The notes: generated by a model from the sequence alone, not told the origin. 64,000 nt of DNA from Eledone cirrhosa (GCA_964016885.1 OZ024759.1:19096001-19160000); one strand, 5' to 3'. Numbered from the stretch's first letter, positions 1 through 13,012 are shown. A program made the numbers and translations.

Positions 1-1122
<1,122 letters not shown>

Positions 1123-1380
1123 GGTGGCTGCCAACTCGTTTTCGAGTACGGCCACTACCTTATATCCATGTAGGAGAACCCCTACCGATGCGCTAAACAA
1201 GTGTGACTTTTAGTCCAGCCAGCGACTTGAAAACTCTGGTACAAACACTACACCTGTGACAATTATTGACACATAGTGTTGGGCCTTTGGTACCATGTGA
1301 CGACAAGTGTAGAGAGATCTCCAGATACAAAGCAATGCCTGTGCCGTGAAGCTTTTATAGTGAGCAAAGGCACTGCACAA
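1123..1380. mobile_element. Unclassified TA-adjacent repeat, family H copy 1
   Basis: Near-identical to 38890-39148; both start GGTGGCTGCCAACTCG directly after (TA)n; terminal hairpin ACTCG-TTTT-CGAGT. Confidence 0.75.
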
Positions 1381-1923
1381 AGCCAGTCCCACTCTCTTAA
1401 ACCAAGATGATATTTACCAAAAAGAAGAATAAGTCAACATCATTGGATACTATCAGGGTTGCAGGTGTTATATCAGAGTTTTCCTTCTCTTAGAATTCTG
1501 CCTTGACAAAGGCTAAGGGGTCATCTCTCCCGGTGATTTTGGATGGCCATTGACTCTTAAGAGCTCCTTGCCAGGTTTTGTTTTAGTCCTGCAGGATGTC
1601 CAAAGTCACCCTCCTCACCAAGAAACCTTGGTGGGGTTGCCCAGTTTAGTCGCCAACGACCCGACCATGGACAGGTTGTACTGGGATACAGGTTACCAGT
1701 AGCACCAACTGGTGACCTGACATAATATATATATATACATATATATATATATACATATATATATATAATACATATATATATATTTATATATATATATATT
1801 TATATATATATATATATATTATACATATATATATATATACATATATATATACATATATATATACATATATATATATACATATATATATATATACATATAT
1901 ATATACATATATATATATATATC

Positions 1924-1954
<31 letters not shown>

Positions 1955-1969
1955 CATAAATTTATATAC

Positions 1970-2034
<65 letters not shown>

Positions 2035-2097
2035 CATATATATACATATACATATATATATATATACATATACATATATACATATATATATATATAC

Positions 2098-2137
<40 letters not shown>

Positions 2138-2198
2138 CATATATATATATATACATATATATATATACATATATATATATACATATATATATATACAT

Positions 2199-3081
2199 GT
2201 AGAATTATTTTGTATTATGAAATCCAAAAACATTTTATTAAATAACAGAATAGAGCGATCGTTATACTGTAACCATCGCTTAAAATCTACATTTTCATAT
2301 TATAAATACTACCAGATTGAACGCCTGTCTCTATCTCCGTTGATTGTCAAAATAGATATTAACATTCTTTATTAGTCTTAATTCTATCAACTCTTCTATT
2401 ATTTACCTTTCAATATAAACTGCTATAGATAAAATGAGATTTCTGATTTCTTGATTCAATTCCCTAAAGCATATACCCAGCTGGCTACTAGCATTGATGT
2501 TATTCAGTAGCAATCGAAATCTCCCCCTTCCCAATTGACACTTTATAATTAATACTACTACACCAAATGACCAGCCCTGTCCACTGTCCAATTGGTCAAG
2601 TAGAGATTAAAATTGGCACTCCCAAAAATTCTTATTTAGATAAAATGAACCATTTACTCATGGTATTCTCATTAGAAACCCATTATATACTTGTTTAGCA
2701 GTAATTTGATTTACCATCTGTCATATACAATCCCCTCTTTTTCTTCCTCTATTACTAATATAAATACTTCAATTTTTCTGATTTTATCCAATTTATCCAA
2801 AATCTCTGAAGAAGTGACAACTGATTATACATTTGCTATCGAATACTTGCTAACATTATATGATTACACAAGCAGCGATACATAGGTATTCCGTCTGTTA
2901 CAGAAACATATGTCAATACCTAATAAATTCCTTTTTAAAAAAAAGCACTTTCATTTTATATTCATCCTTTCTACATTTTCTCCGGAATATAATTTATACT
3001 CGTTGAGCAAACCTGCACGTACGCTGGTTCATCTCTAACGTAACGATATATTATCACTACATTATCGATAACCTGAAATTT
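2199..3081 (+). mobile_element. PLE-like 3' terminus, family B copy 1, with hammerhead-like motif
   Basis: Flanked by (TA)n; 2806-3081 matches 9067-9434; CTGAAGA 2806-2812 and GAAA-CATATG-TC 2903-2914. Confidence 0.6.
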
Positions 3082-3092
3082 TATATATATAT

Positions 3093-3387
3093 GCCAATAG
3101 CCTGGGATTCAAGGGCCCTCAACTCTTCAACAGGCTGCCGAGGCATCTGCGAGACTTGCATGACGTGGAGGTGGATGTCTTTAAGAAACATCTCGACACC
3201 TTGTTATCCAGGATCCCGGATGAGCCCACAGCAAGACACGAGGGAAACCTAAGGGCAGCAGCAACAAACTCCCTCCTACACCAGTGGCCAATCTATACAG
3301 GCTGGAGATAAAATGTGTAGCAACAAGGGCGGTGCCCCAGCATGGCCTCAGCCGGATGGCTGAAACAGGTAAAAGAGTAAAAGAGAA
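3093..3387 (+). mobile_element. CR1/L2-group LINE 3' end (ORF2 C-terminus plus 3' tail)
   Basis: Translates as [46 protein letters not shown]; tail GGTGCCCCAGCATGGCC..GGCTGAAACAGGTAAAAGAG. Confidence 0.75.
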
Positions 3388-3414
3388 TACATATACATAT
3401 ATATATATACACAC

Positions 3415-3445
<31 letters not shown>

Positions 3446-3478
3446 TATATACACATATATACACACATATATATATAT

Positions 3479-3545
<67 letters not shown>

Positions 3546-3552
3546 CATATAT

Positions 3553-3741
3553 AGGAACGAGTAGGGCCCCGACGGCTGAGCTCAAGCCGTTTCGACGGCT
3601 AATTCTGGGCTAAAATAGCCGTCGAAACGGTTGAGCTCAGCCGTCGGGGTCCTACTCGTTCCTATTACCCACTCTACTACCCTAAGTATTGAGTACTTTG
3701 GTGCGTTATGGTCCACCTGGTTCCTTACCACATTTCCTCCG

Positions 3742-3742
<1 letters not shown>
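3553..3742 (+). mobile_element. Fold-back PLE-like element, family A copy 1 (half hammerhead plus tail)
   Basis: (TA)n on both sides; inverted arms spanning 3553-3664; GAAA-CGG..CCG-TC|GGGGTC; unpaired tail 3665-3742. Confidence 0.8.
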
Positions 3743-3785
<43 letters not shown>

Positions 3786-3837
3786 GTATATATATTCATA
3801 TATACGTATATACATACATACATACGTATATACATAC

Positions 3838-3906
<69 letters not shown>

Positions 3907-3907
3907 C

Positions 3908-3938
<31 letters not shown>

Positions 3939-4327
3939 CATACATACATACATATATATATCTATATATATACATACATACATACATATATACATATATA
4001 TATACAACGACTGGTTGTATGTAGCCTTTCGTCGTGTCGTATATGTAAGATGGCGTCTGTGTTTATCAGTAACCTATTACCCAACTTGTTTATATATACA
4101 TGTGTATGTGTGTATCTGCATCTGTGTTTATATGTAAACATATGTGTATGAGTATGGAAGTATGTGCATATGTATGTATATGTGTATGTGTGCGTGTATG
4201 TGTATGTTTTTTTTTTCTATGCATGTGCATATATGTGTTGGCGTGTATGTCAGTGTGTATATGTAAGTGTATGTGTATCCGTGTGTGTGTATGTATATAC
4301 ATGTGTGCATATGTATATATATGTATC

Positions 4328-4442
<115 letters not shown>

Positions 4443-4489
4443 ATTTGTGGGTATGTGTCCATATGTATTTCTGTGAATGTATATATAAG

Positions 4490-4520
<31 letters not shown>

Positions 4521-6296
4521 ATGTTTTTTTTGTCAATGTATGTGCATATGTGTTGGTGTGTATGTCATTGTTTATATATGTGTAAGTGTATGAGTATCTC
4601 TGTGTGTATGTATATGCATGTGTGCATATATATATATATATATGTATATGTATCTATGTGTATGTATATATATGTATATGTATCTATGTGTATGTATATA
4701 CGTATCTGTGTGTATGTGTATGTATGTATGCATTTGTGGGTATGTGTGCATATGTAATTATGCGTATGTCTGTATATGTAGTAATTGTGCACATGTGTGT
4801 ATGTATTTGCACCAGTATGTGTGGGGGGGGGGGAGCACTCGACCTCAACTTTTGCAGTTGGTTCTTGTTTTCACTTTCATTTCTCTCTAACCTCTCTTTA
4901 GGCTATTCAAATATTTTTTTTTTTTTTACACTTCCTTTTTCATTTTTAACATTCTTTGTGGTTGGTTAGAATGAGATTTATGTTAGATCTTTCATCAGCA
5001 ACAAATGCAACAAATGTCTGAACAATGCAGTAGATTATTCTAGTGAATATGCTATCAAGTCAATATCCTCCTAAATGAGATGAAAAAGTGGAAAAAAAAA
5101 AAATTTTAATTATTCATTACCTTGTCGCAAATGATTTATGTTAAAAGTTGGGTTCAATTTATAATGTAGTGTCAATAAGAAGCTGAAGAAGATTTTCTAT
5201 TTTCTATTCGTAGGCTGCTTTGCATTTGGTAGAAGAAAAAATGAAACGTTAGCTCCCTGTGTAGCTGATAGAAAACGTAATATCTTTGTATCCTAAATGA
5301 AAGGAAGGTTTGTAATTTAGGCCCAAAAAAAGCATTTTTTAGTTAATGAGACGAATGTTGCATAATTCGATCCTAGTACTCGATTAGTAGTTTATTTTAT
5401 CGACCCCATAAGGATTAAAAGTAACGATGATCTGGACAAGAATTGTAGCTGGTAGAAAACATATTGTCTTTGAGGCCCAACAACAGTCTTTTTTTTTAGG
5501 TTAGGAGACGAATGTTGCATAATTTGATCCCTGTACTCAGCTAGTAGTTTTCGACCCCGGAATGATTAAAATCAACGATGATCTGGACAAGAATTGTAGC
5601 TGATAGAAAACATATTGTCTTTGTATCCTAAATGAAAGAATGATTTCTAATTTAGACCGAAGATCAGCACGTTTTGTTTTTTAGGTAAGGAGAAAAATGT
5701 CGCATAATTCGACCCCAATACTCGACTAGTACTTTATTTTATCGACCCCGGAAGGATTAAAAGCAACGATGGTCTGGACAGGAATTTGAAATCAGAACGT
5801 AAAGAATCGGGATAAATAACGTTTTTTCTAATTTAGACACTGAACCAACAATTTTTGGAGAGAGATGGATCGATTAGAGGGGAGAAGAGATGGATTGATT
5901 ATATCAACCCCAGTAAATGACTGGTACATTATTTTGTTGATACTGGAAGAATGAAATGTAATGGTCATTTCGGCAGTATTTGAAATCAGAACTAAATAGC
6001 CAGAAAAAATAATTGTTTCTACTTTTGGCACAAATACCCCAGTGTGTGACTGGTACTTTATTTTATCGACTCCGTAAGGATGAAAGGAAAAGTTAAACTC
6101 GGCGGGATTTGAACTCAGACCGTAAAGAACTCAGAATGTAAAGAACCGTAACCCTTGTCACAGTTCCTCCTATATTTCAATAGGAGCTGTGTATAAATTA
6201 GAGCTTTAATTTTAATATTGAATTTTCGGTAAGTTTGTGATTTATCTACACCGGGATTTTCCTGGCACATGTACTTAATTTTATCGTCCCCAGAAG

Positions 6297-6606
6297 CAGT
6301 GCTCCTCAAACTATCTGATGTGGCAGACCGGCATTTTTTTTTCAAAGTGCCACGTACGGCTAATATTTCGTAGTAATATTAATTTATACCGGAAACGATA
6401 TATATAATGAATATAATAATAGTTGACCATTTTTTTATCTTCTATTTATTTTGTAAACAAATAATACAATATCAAAACATATAAAAAAGTAATAAAAAAA
6501 ATTCCTCAAATGATTCCTTAGCATGGCCTGGATACTGGCCGCGTACCGGTAGCTGATGGCTCGCGTACCGGCACCGGTCCGCGGACCAGCACTTTGAGTA
6601 GCACTG
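6297..6606. mobile_element. hAT (Charlie/SPIN-like) MITE inserted in a SINE
   Basis: TIRs CAGTGCTCCTCAAA / TTTGAGTAGCACTG; 8-bp TSD CCCAGAAG at 6289-6296 and 6607-6614. Confidence 0.9.
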
Positions 6607-8238
6607 CCCAGAAGGATGAAAAGTTAAATTGACCTCGGTGGAATTTGAACTCAGAGCAGAGAAAACCGAAAGAAATGCCACAAAGTTTTTAGTCCAACGT
6701 TCTGATTCGATGACGACTGTTCCAGTTGTTTGAACATCCGAACAGACTGCTCAAGAAATTAACGTAGAAGACACGTGTGTCATTAACATAATTCTCAAGG
6801 AGATTTCAGTGTCACGATGTGTGTAAGTGTATGTGAGAGTATGTGCTTGTGTATGGTGTTTTTGTGTAGTGCGTGCGTGTGTGTGTGTCAAGGTTGTCCC
6901 TTTGAATCACTGATACAACTCGTTTCTTTAGGGTGAGGGTTTTAGTTTCCTAAGTGAAGTGGATCACCGGGAAAATAAAGTGATTTGCTCAATGATACAA
7001 CGTGCCACTAGAAATAGAACTCACGACCTTACTATTGTGAGCCGAACACGCTTAACCACTAAGCTACAGGCCTTTATCACATACGTATACGATAAATGAT
7101 ATCAGATTGTTAAATTATAGTCTGATATAACCATGGATCGTTCAGAAGACTGAAGGAAATAAATTCTTGTACTCACAGTGAAGTTGGTATCGAAAGTTTA
7201 TCTTTAGTCTTAAGCAATCACCGTTTTATTTTTATCGAAAGTAAAATAAGAATGAAAATAGATAAGAAGGTAAAGAACAAGCGTATAGTGTACTGTGAAG
7301 TTGGTGGAATTTATCTAAATGATATGGTTACTAAGAAACTTCTGGAAATTTCTAAAACGGAAGACAAAGAGAGAAAAATAACAGACAAAAGAAAATTAAA
7401 TAGAAACAAAGATATAAACGATATAAGTGCTACTTTCTTTCTTCCATTTCATGTGGTTTGTGGTTCAGAGAATTTGACACATGAAAACTATGCGGCAAAA
7501 TTGGCAACTTTGTCTTTTAATACTTATTTTCATCTCTCTTGCTTTCATTTAAACTCGGTGTGTCCGTGTAATATTAAAATATAGTCATGCTTTTAACAAA
7601 GATGGACTATGGGAAGAAAAAATGTTTTTCTTCTTTTCGTCTATAGAAAAGGAGAGAAGAAGGTTAAAAAAGAAAATCTCTCAAAATGGAAAAGAAAATA
7701 GAAGGAAAATATTTAATGGGATAATGGGTTAGTTTTACCATGACTATCGCATAAAGTAGAAAATGAGAATGGAAAATGAAGCTTTGGCGAAGTAAACTCT
7801 AAGTATAAACGTTAGAGCAGCCTTGGAGAATCTGACGGAAATAAGTAAATGTGCTGTCGAGAGGGAAACCACGTCTTCGCTTGGAAAGAAACAGAAACGA
7901 ATAGAAACCGATATGTGCATACGCCAAATATATATGTGCGCATGCTTAGATGAATAAACGGTCACGTAAACACAAAATATGCACATATGTATGTATATAT
8001 ATATATATATAAGCAAAGAGATATTTATACTGATATATATAAGCAAAGAGATATTTATATTGATATATGTGTGTGTGTGTGTGTGTAAAAGGACGCACAC
8101 AACACAAACGAAAATAGTTACCAAATAAAACTACAACATAATATACAAGAAACTAAACTATCAAGTCATACATACACACACATACATACATATATCTATA
8201 TATATATATGCAATATATGCATACATATATATGCATGA

Positions 8239-8288
<50 letters not shown>

Positions 8289-8334
8289 GCATACGCACAT
8301 ATACATATATACTTACATACGCACATACGCACAT

Positions 8335-8372
<38 letters not shown>

Positions 8373-8680
8373 TTACATACGTGAATATATGTATGTACAC
8401 ATAGCAGATAGCATTCAAAAAGTAATATGAGGGACTGTTTCGATAGAAGCTATGTAATGAGCATGGCTTTGATTTTGATTTTATTTTTTACTCTATTGTG
8501 TCTCAGATTTTATATCATATTTCGTGTCAAGTAGTTTCTGTTGCGAAATATCTTTTCCGGATTATTCTATTTCTTTTGGAGACGAATTGCACTTTTTTCT
8601 CTTTTGAAGTAGGTATAAGGACAAATGCTAAGCACCAGTTCCATTTACCATTCTAAAATAGCCATTCCTATTCCATTCCC

Positions 8681-8723
<43 letters not shown>

Positions 8724-8724
<1 letters not shown>

Positions 8725-8822
8725 GTAATAATAATAAAATTGAAGACTAAAATCCAAAGAGGGCTCGATAAGGATAAATATATATCAAATATACAAGAAC
8801 CGTAGAGCAAATATTTATTTTA
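8724..8822 (-). mobile_element. TA-embedded tail fragment, family G (second copy 31901-31975)
   Basis: Two similar copies in (TA)n; the minus strand of this copy forms a GCTC-TA..TA-TC-GAGC hairpin. Confidence 0.55.
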
Positions 8823-8845
8823 ATAAATATATATATATATATATA

Positions 8846-9037
8846 ACGAAGGAAATGTGGTAAGGAACCAGGTGGACCATAACGCACCAAAGTACTCAAT
8901 ACTTAGGGTAGTAGAGTGGGTAATAGGAACGAGTAGGACCCCGACGGCTGAGCTCAAGCCGTTTCGACGGCTAATTCTGGACTGAATTAGCCGTCGAAAC
9001 GGCTTGAGCTCAGCCGTCGGGGTCCTACTCGTTCCTA
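8846..9037 (-). mobile_element. Family A copy 2
   Basis: Reverse complement of 3553-3742; fold-back centre GGCTAATTC-TGGACT-GAATTAGCC. Confidence 0.85.
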
Positions 9038-9066
9038 TATAGGTATATATATATATATATATATAT

Positions 9067-9434
9067 AGAAAAGGTGAATATAAAATGAAAGTGCATTTAT
9101 AAAGGAATTTATTAGGTATTGACATATGTTTCTGTAACAGACGGAATACCTATGTATCGCTGCTTGCGTAATCGTATAATGTTAGCAAGTATTCGATAAT
9201 CAGTTGTCACTTCTTCAGTTGTCACTTCTTATATGATACATAGGTATTCCGTCTATTACACAAACATATGTCAATACCTAATAAATTCCTTTATAAAAGC
9301 ACTTTCATTTTATATTCACCTTTTCTACATTTTCTCCGGAATATAATTTATACTTGTTGAGCAAACCTACACGTACGCTGTTCATCTCTAACGTGACGAT
9401 ATATTATCACTACATTATTGATAACTTGAAATTT
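9067..9434 (+). mobile_element. Family B copy 2 (fold-back; tail may extend to 9530)
   Basis: Minus arm 9067-~9218, plus arm ~9235-9327, then a tail matching 2974-3081. Confidence 0.75.
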
Positions 9435-9548
9435 ATAGTTAATTTCTTCATTCGTCGGACAATGGCCCGTTGATAAAGTTATTCCGGTCCCTCTTCTCCC
9501 TAGAAGTCTTATATATTTGTATGTGGGCTGATATATATATATATATAT

Positions 9549-9734
9549 AGGAACCAGTAAGACCCCAACGGCTGAGCTCAAGCCGTTTCGACGGCTAATT
9601 CAGAATTAGCCGTCGAAACGGCTTGAGCTCAGCCGTCGGGGTCTTACTGGTTCCTATTATCCACTCTACTACCCTAAGTATTGAGTACTTTGGTGCGTTA
9701 TGGTCCACCTGGTTCCTTACCACATTTCCTTCGT
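9549..9734 (+). mobile_element. Family A copy 3
   Basis: Near-perfect palindrome centred on GGCTAATTC-A-GAATTAGCC plus the same tail; (TA)n flanks. Confidence 0.85.
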
Positions 9735-9751
9735 TATATATATATATATAT

Positions 9752-10156
9752 ATATTGTTATACTTGGGGAGGGTCATATTTGTGTAATAATATTGCCAGA
9801 ATTAATAACAGAACACACTCACTGTTTGGTTGGTTTTCGCTTCTGTAACTTTTATATCGGTTAATTTAATTTATTCGGTCCTCAATGTTGCCATTGACTG
9901 ACCAACGCTCAAAAATACAGACACAATATAGACACAAACACATATATATAGTCTATCAAAGTTCTTTCGTTGCACATCGTCAGTGGTGCTATTATGTTTC
10001 CTCCCGTTGCATTGTATGCTTACGCCAAACTCTGAGTGTGTTCTGTTATTAATTCTGGCAATATTATTACACAAATATGACCCTCCACAAGTATAACAAT
10101 ATTTGTTTCGACACGATTTCATATAAAAAAAACCTCGCAAAGCTAATTCATCGCCG

Positions 10157-10157
<1 letters not shown>
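9752..10157 (+). mobile_element. Fold-back element, family F copy 1, with minus-strand hammerhead-like core
   Basis: Inverted arms 9752-9821 / 10033-10102; tail 10103-10157; minus strand ~9953-9991 reads CTGACGA-TGTGCAAC-GAAA-GAAC-TT. Confidence 0.7.
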
Positions 10158-10191
<34 letters not shown>

Positions 10192-10319
10192 AAAGTTCTA
10201 TTTAAAATTGTTGGGATACAACAAGTAAATATTTTTATAACTAATATAAAGCACTCGACAAGTATTTGGAGTAGATATACGATATTAATAAATTTAAACT
10301 ATATTTATAAAACCATATT

Positions 10320-10384
10320 TATTTCATTATACATATTTCAGGGATACCAAATTAAATTATGGTATGCCTTCATCAGACAAAATA
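10320..10384 (-). ncRNA. Type I hammerhead ribozyme (family C)
   Basis: Reverse complement of 10478-10542. Confidence 0.75.
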
Positions 10385-10477
10385 CAATATATAACAGTTT
10401 TACAAATAAGCTTTGACGTACCCTATTAAAATGCAACCATTATTTTTGGAAGCCATCCGTAAAACTGTTATATATTG

Positions 10478-10542
10478 TATTTTGTCTGATGAAGGCATAC
10501 CATAATTTAATTTGGTATCCCTGAAATATGTATAATGAAATA
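10478..10542 (+). ncRNA. Type I hammerhead ribozyme (family C)
   Basis: Stem I TATTTTGT/ATGAAATA; CTGATGA 10486-10492; stem II AGGCATACC/GGTATCCCT; GAAA 10523-10526; minimal stem III TATGTA; AUA triplet, predicted cut after 10534. Confidence 0.8.
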
Positions 10543-10581
10543 AATATGGTTTTATAAATATAGTTTCCATTTATTAATATC

Positions 10582-10615
<34 letters not shown>

Positions 10616-10618
<3 letters not shown>

Positions 10619-10805
10619 AACCAGTAAGACCCCGACAGCTGAGCTCAAGCCGTTTCGACGGCTAATTCTGTCCAGAATTAGCCGTCGAAACGGCTTGAGC
10701 TCAGCTGTCGGGGTCTTACTGGTTCCTATTACCCACTCTACTACCTCAAGTATTGAGTACTTTGGTGCGTTATGGTCCACCTGGTTCCTTACCACATTTC
10801 CTTCG

Positions 10806-10806
<1 letters not shown>
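10616..10806 (+). mobile_element. Family A copy 4
   Basis: Both arms carry the private GACAGCTG/CAGCTGTC variant. Confidence 0.85.
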
Positions 10807-10837
<31 letters not shown>

Positions 10838-10840
<3 letters not shown>

Positions 10841-11040
10841 AGTAAGTAAGACCCCGACGGCTGAGCTCAAGCCGTTTCGACGGCTAATTCTGTACTGAAT
10901 TCAGTACAGAATTAGCCGTCGAAACGGCTTGAGCTCAGCCGTCGGGGTCTTACTTACTCCTATTACCCACTCTACTACCCTAAGTATTGAGTACTTTGGT
11001 GCGTTATGGTCCACCTGGTTCCTTACCACTTTTCATTCGC
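10838..11040 (+). mobile_element. Family A copy 5
   Basis: Palindrome centred on GAATTC; both arms share GAGTAAGTAAG/CTTACTTACTC. Confidence 0.85.
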
Positions 11041-11081
<41 letters not shown>

Positions 11082-11134
11082 GTATATATGTGTATGTGCG
11101 TGTGCGTGTATATATATATATATATATGTATAGA

Positions 11135-11340
11135 AAGTGCGTGGCTTAGTGGTTAGAGAATTGGATTCGTAATCGTGAGGTTGGGAGTTCAATTCCTGGA
11201 CCGCGCGATGCGTTATGTCCTTGGGCAAGACACTTTATTTCACGATGCTCCTTCTACCTGGAGTTGCGACCGATAGATAGTATTAGCAATTGGAAAGACC
11301 AACGGAAACATTGTTTCCTCGGTCCGACTTGACGAAAGAT
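11135..11340 (+). mobile_element. tRNA-derived SINE with a distinct tail, TA-embedded (second copy 15943-16158)
   Basis: A box TGGCTTAGTGG, B box GAGTTCAATTCC, core TGTCCTTGGGCAAGACACTT. Confidence 0.8.
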
Positions 11341-11436
11341 ATATAGATATATGTGTATAGATATATATGTATAGATGTATATATACATAGATATGTATAC
11401 ATATACAAAGCTGCATACATATATAGATATTTACAT

Positions 11437-11498
<62 letters not shown>

Positions 11499-11501
<3 letters not shown>

Positions 11502-11932
11502 AAAGATTTATTTAAAATTGTTGGGTTACAACGAGTAAATATTTTATAACTGATATAAAAGCACTCAACAGGTTTTGGAGTAGGTTTACGATATTAAACA
11601 AATGGAAACTATATTTATAAAACCATATTTATTTCGTTATATATATTTCTGGGATATCATATTAAAAATATGGTATGCCTTCCTCAGACAAAATACAATA
11701 TGTTTTATAAATAATTTTGACATACCTTAGAATAATGCAACTTCCATTTAAAAAATCAACTTTTTAAATGGAAGTTGCATTATTCTAAGGTATGCCAAAA
11801 TTATTTATAAAACAGCTTATATATTGTATTTTGTCTGAGGAAGGCATACCATATTTTTAATATGATATCCCAGAAATATATATAACGAAATAAATATGGT
11901 TTTATAAATATAGTTTCCATTTGTTTAATATC

Positions 11933-11933
<1 letters not shown>
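11499..11933 (-). mobile_element. Family C copy 2 (long fold-back, hammerheads on both strands)
   Basis: Arms ~11589-11754 / 11761-11933; plus-strand hammerhead 11827-11892: TATTTTGT-CTGAGGA..GAAA-TATATA-TA|ACGAAATA. Confidence 0.8.
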
Positions 11934-11978
<45 letters not shown>

Positions 11979-12124
11979 GTATATACATGCTACTCCCATG
12001 CTGCTTTTATTCCATATTGCTTATGCAACTAAATCTTTTGTGTCGCAGCTTATATTCTTCTTTTCATTCATTTTTGTGCTTTTTTCCATTACCTTTATAT
12101 ATATATAGATATAGATATAAATAT

Positions 12125-12163
<39 letters not shown>

Positions 12164-12227
12164 TATGCGTATGAGGAGAAAGAGAAAGAGGGGAGGGGGG
12201 AGAGAGTTTCTTCTTACATAACCACTG

Positions 12228-12314
12228 GACGTTCTATTTTTAAAACAAAAAGATCTTCAGAAATGTGTAGACCAAACTATAGATATATGCTTGGCATCGA
12301 CGAGATAGTCTGGA
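12228..12314 (+). repeat. TA-adjacent repeat, family E (inverted partner 12691-12772)
   Basis: Two diverged copies in opposite orientation, each ending CTGGA at (TA)n. Confidence 0.65.
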
Positions 12315-12349
12315 TATATATATAGATATATATATATATATATATCTAT

Positions 12350-12382
<33 letters not shown>

Positions 12383-12383
<1 letters not shown>

Positions 12384-12577
12384 CGTAGGTCCCGGGTTGA
12401 GTCGGGGATAACCACAGTAAGTAAGGTACTCAATACATGGCAGAGTAAAAAATTTTTATTTTATAGAAGGAGCTTCTACAGGACTAGTACTGTTTCATTC
12501 AGATGAAATCTTCAGGAAGCTTCCTGAAGATTTCATCTGAATGAAACAGTACTAGTCCTGTAGAAGCTCCTTCTATA

Positions 12578-12580
<3 letters not shown>
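12383..12580 (-). mobile_element. Fold-back element, family D copy 1, with a perfect 122-bp palindrome
   Basis: Tail 12383-12458; palindrome 12459-12580 centred on AAG|CTT. Confidence 0.85.
12518..12568 (+). ncRNA. Type I hammerhead ribozyme (family D), mirrored on the minus strand at 12471-12521
   Basis: AGCTTC-CTGAAGA-TTTCATCTGAAT-GAAA-CAG-TACTAGTC-CTG-TA|GAAGCT; GUA triplet. Confidence 0.8.
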
Positions 12581-12664
<84 letters not shown>

Positions 12665-12832
12665 TATATATATATATATTTATATATATATCCAGATTAT
12701 TTCGACAATGCCAAGCATATATCTATAGTTTGGTCTACACATTTCTGAAGATCTTTTTGTTTTAAAAATAGATATATATATAAATAGTTGCAGAATACAA
12801 ACATATTCATATGTATGCGAAGTACATATTCA

Positions 12833-12907
<75 letters not shown>

Positions 12908-13012
12908 GTACATATATACTGTATATATACACACACACACATGTATATATATATATATACATATATATATATACACATATATATGGGGACACACACACAT
13001 ATATATATATAC

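Larger units (their letters stand above)
10189..10582 (-). mobile_element. Fold-back element, family C copy 1 (hammerhead on both strands)
   Basis: Tail 10189-~10277; inverted arms ~10280-10401 / ~10459-10582; (TA)n flanks. Confidence 0.8.

Noticed and set aside
9549-11040. Family A palindromes as CRISPR repeats or REP elements
   Set aside because: Eukaryotic context, no unique spacers, no cas or RAYT genes, dispersed in both orientations
10695-11156. Recurrent peptide [17 protein letters not shown]..
   Set aside because: Translation of non-coding family A copies from a TTG start, running into TA repeats
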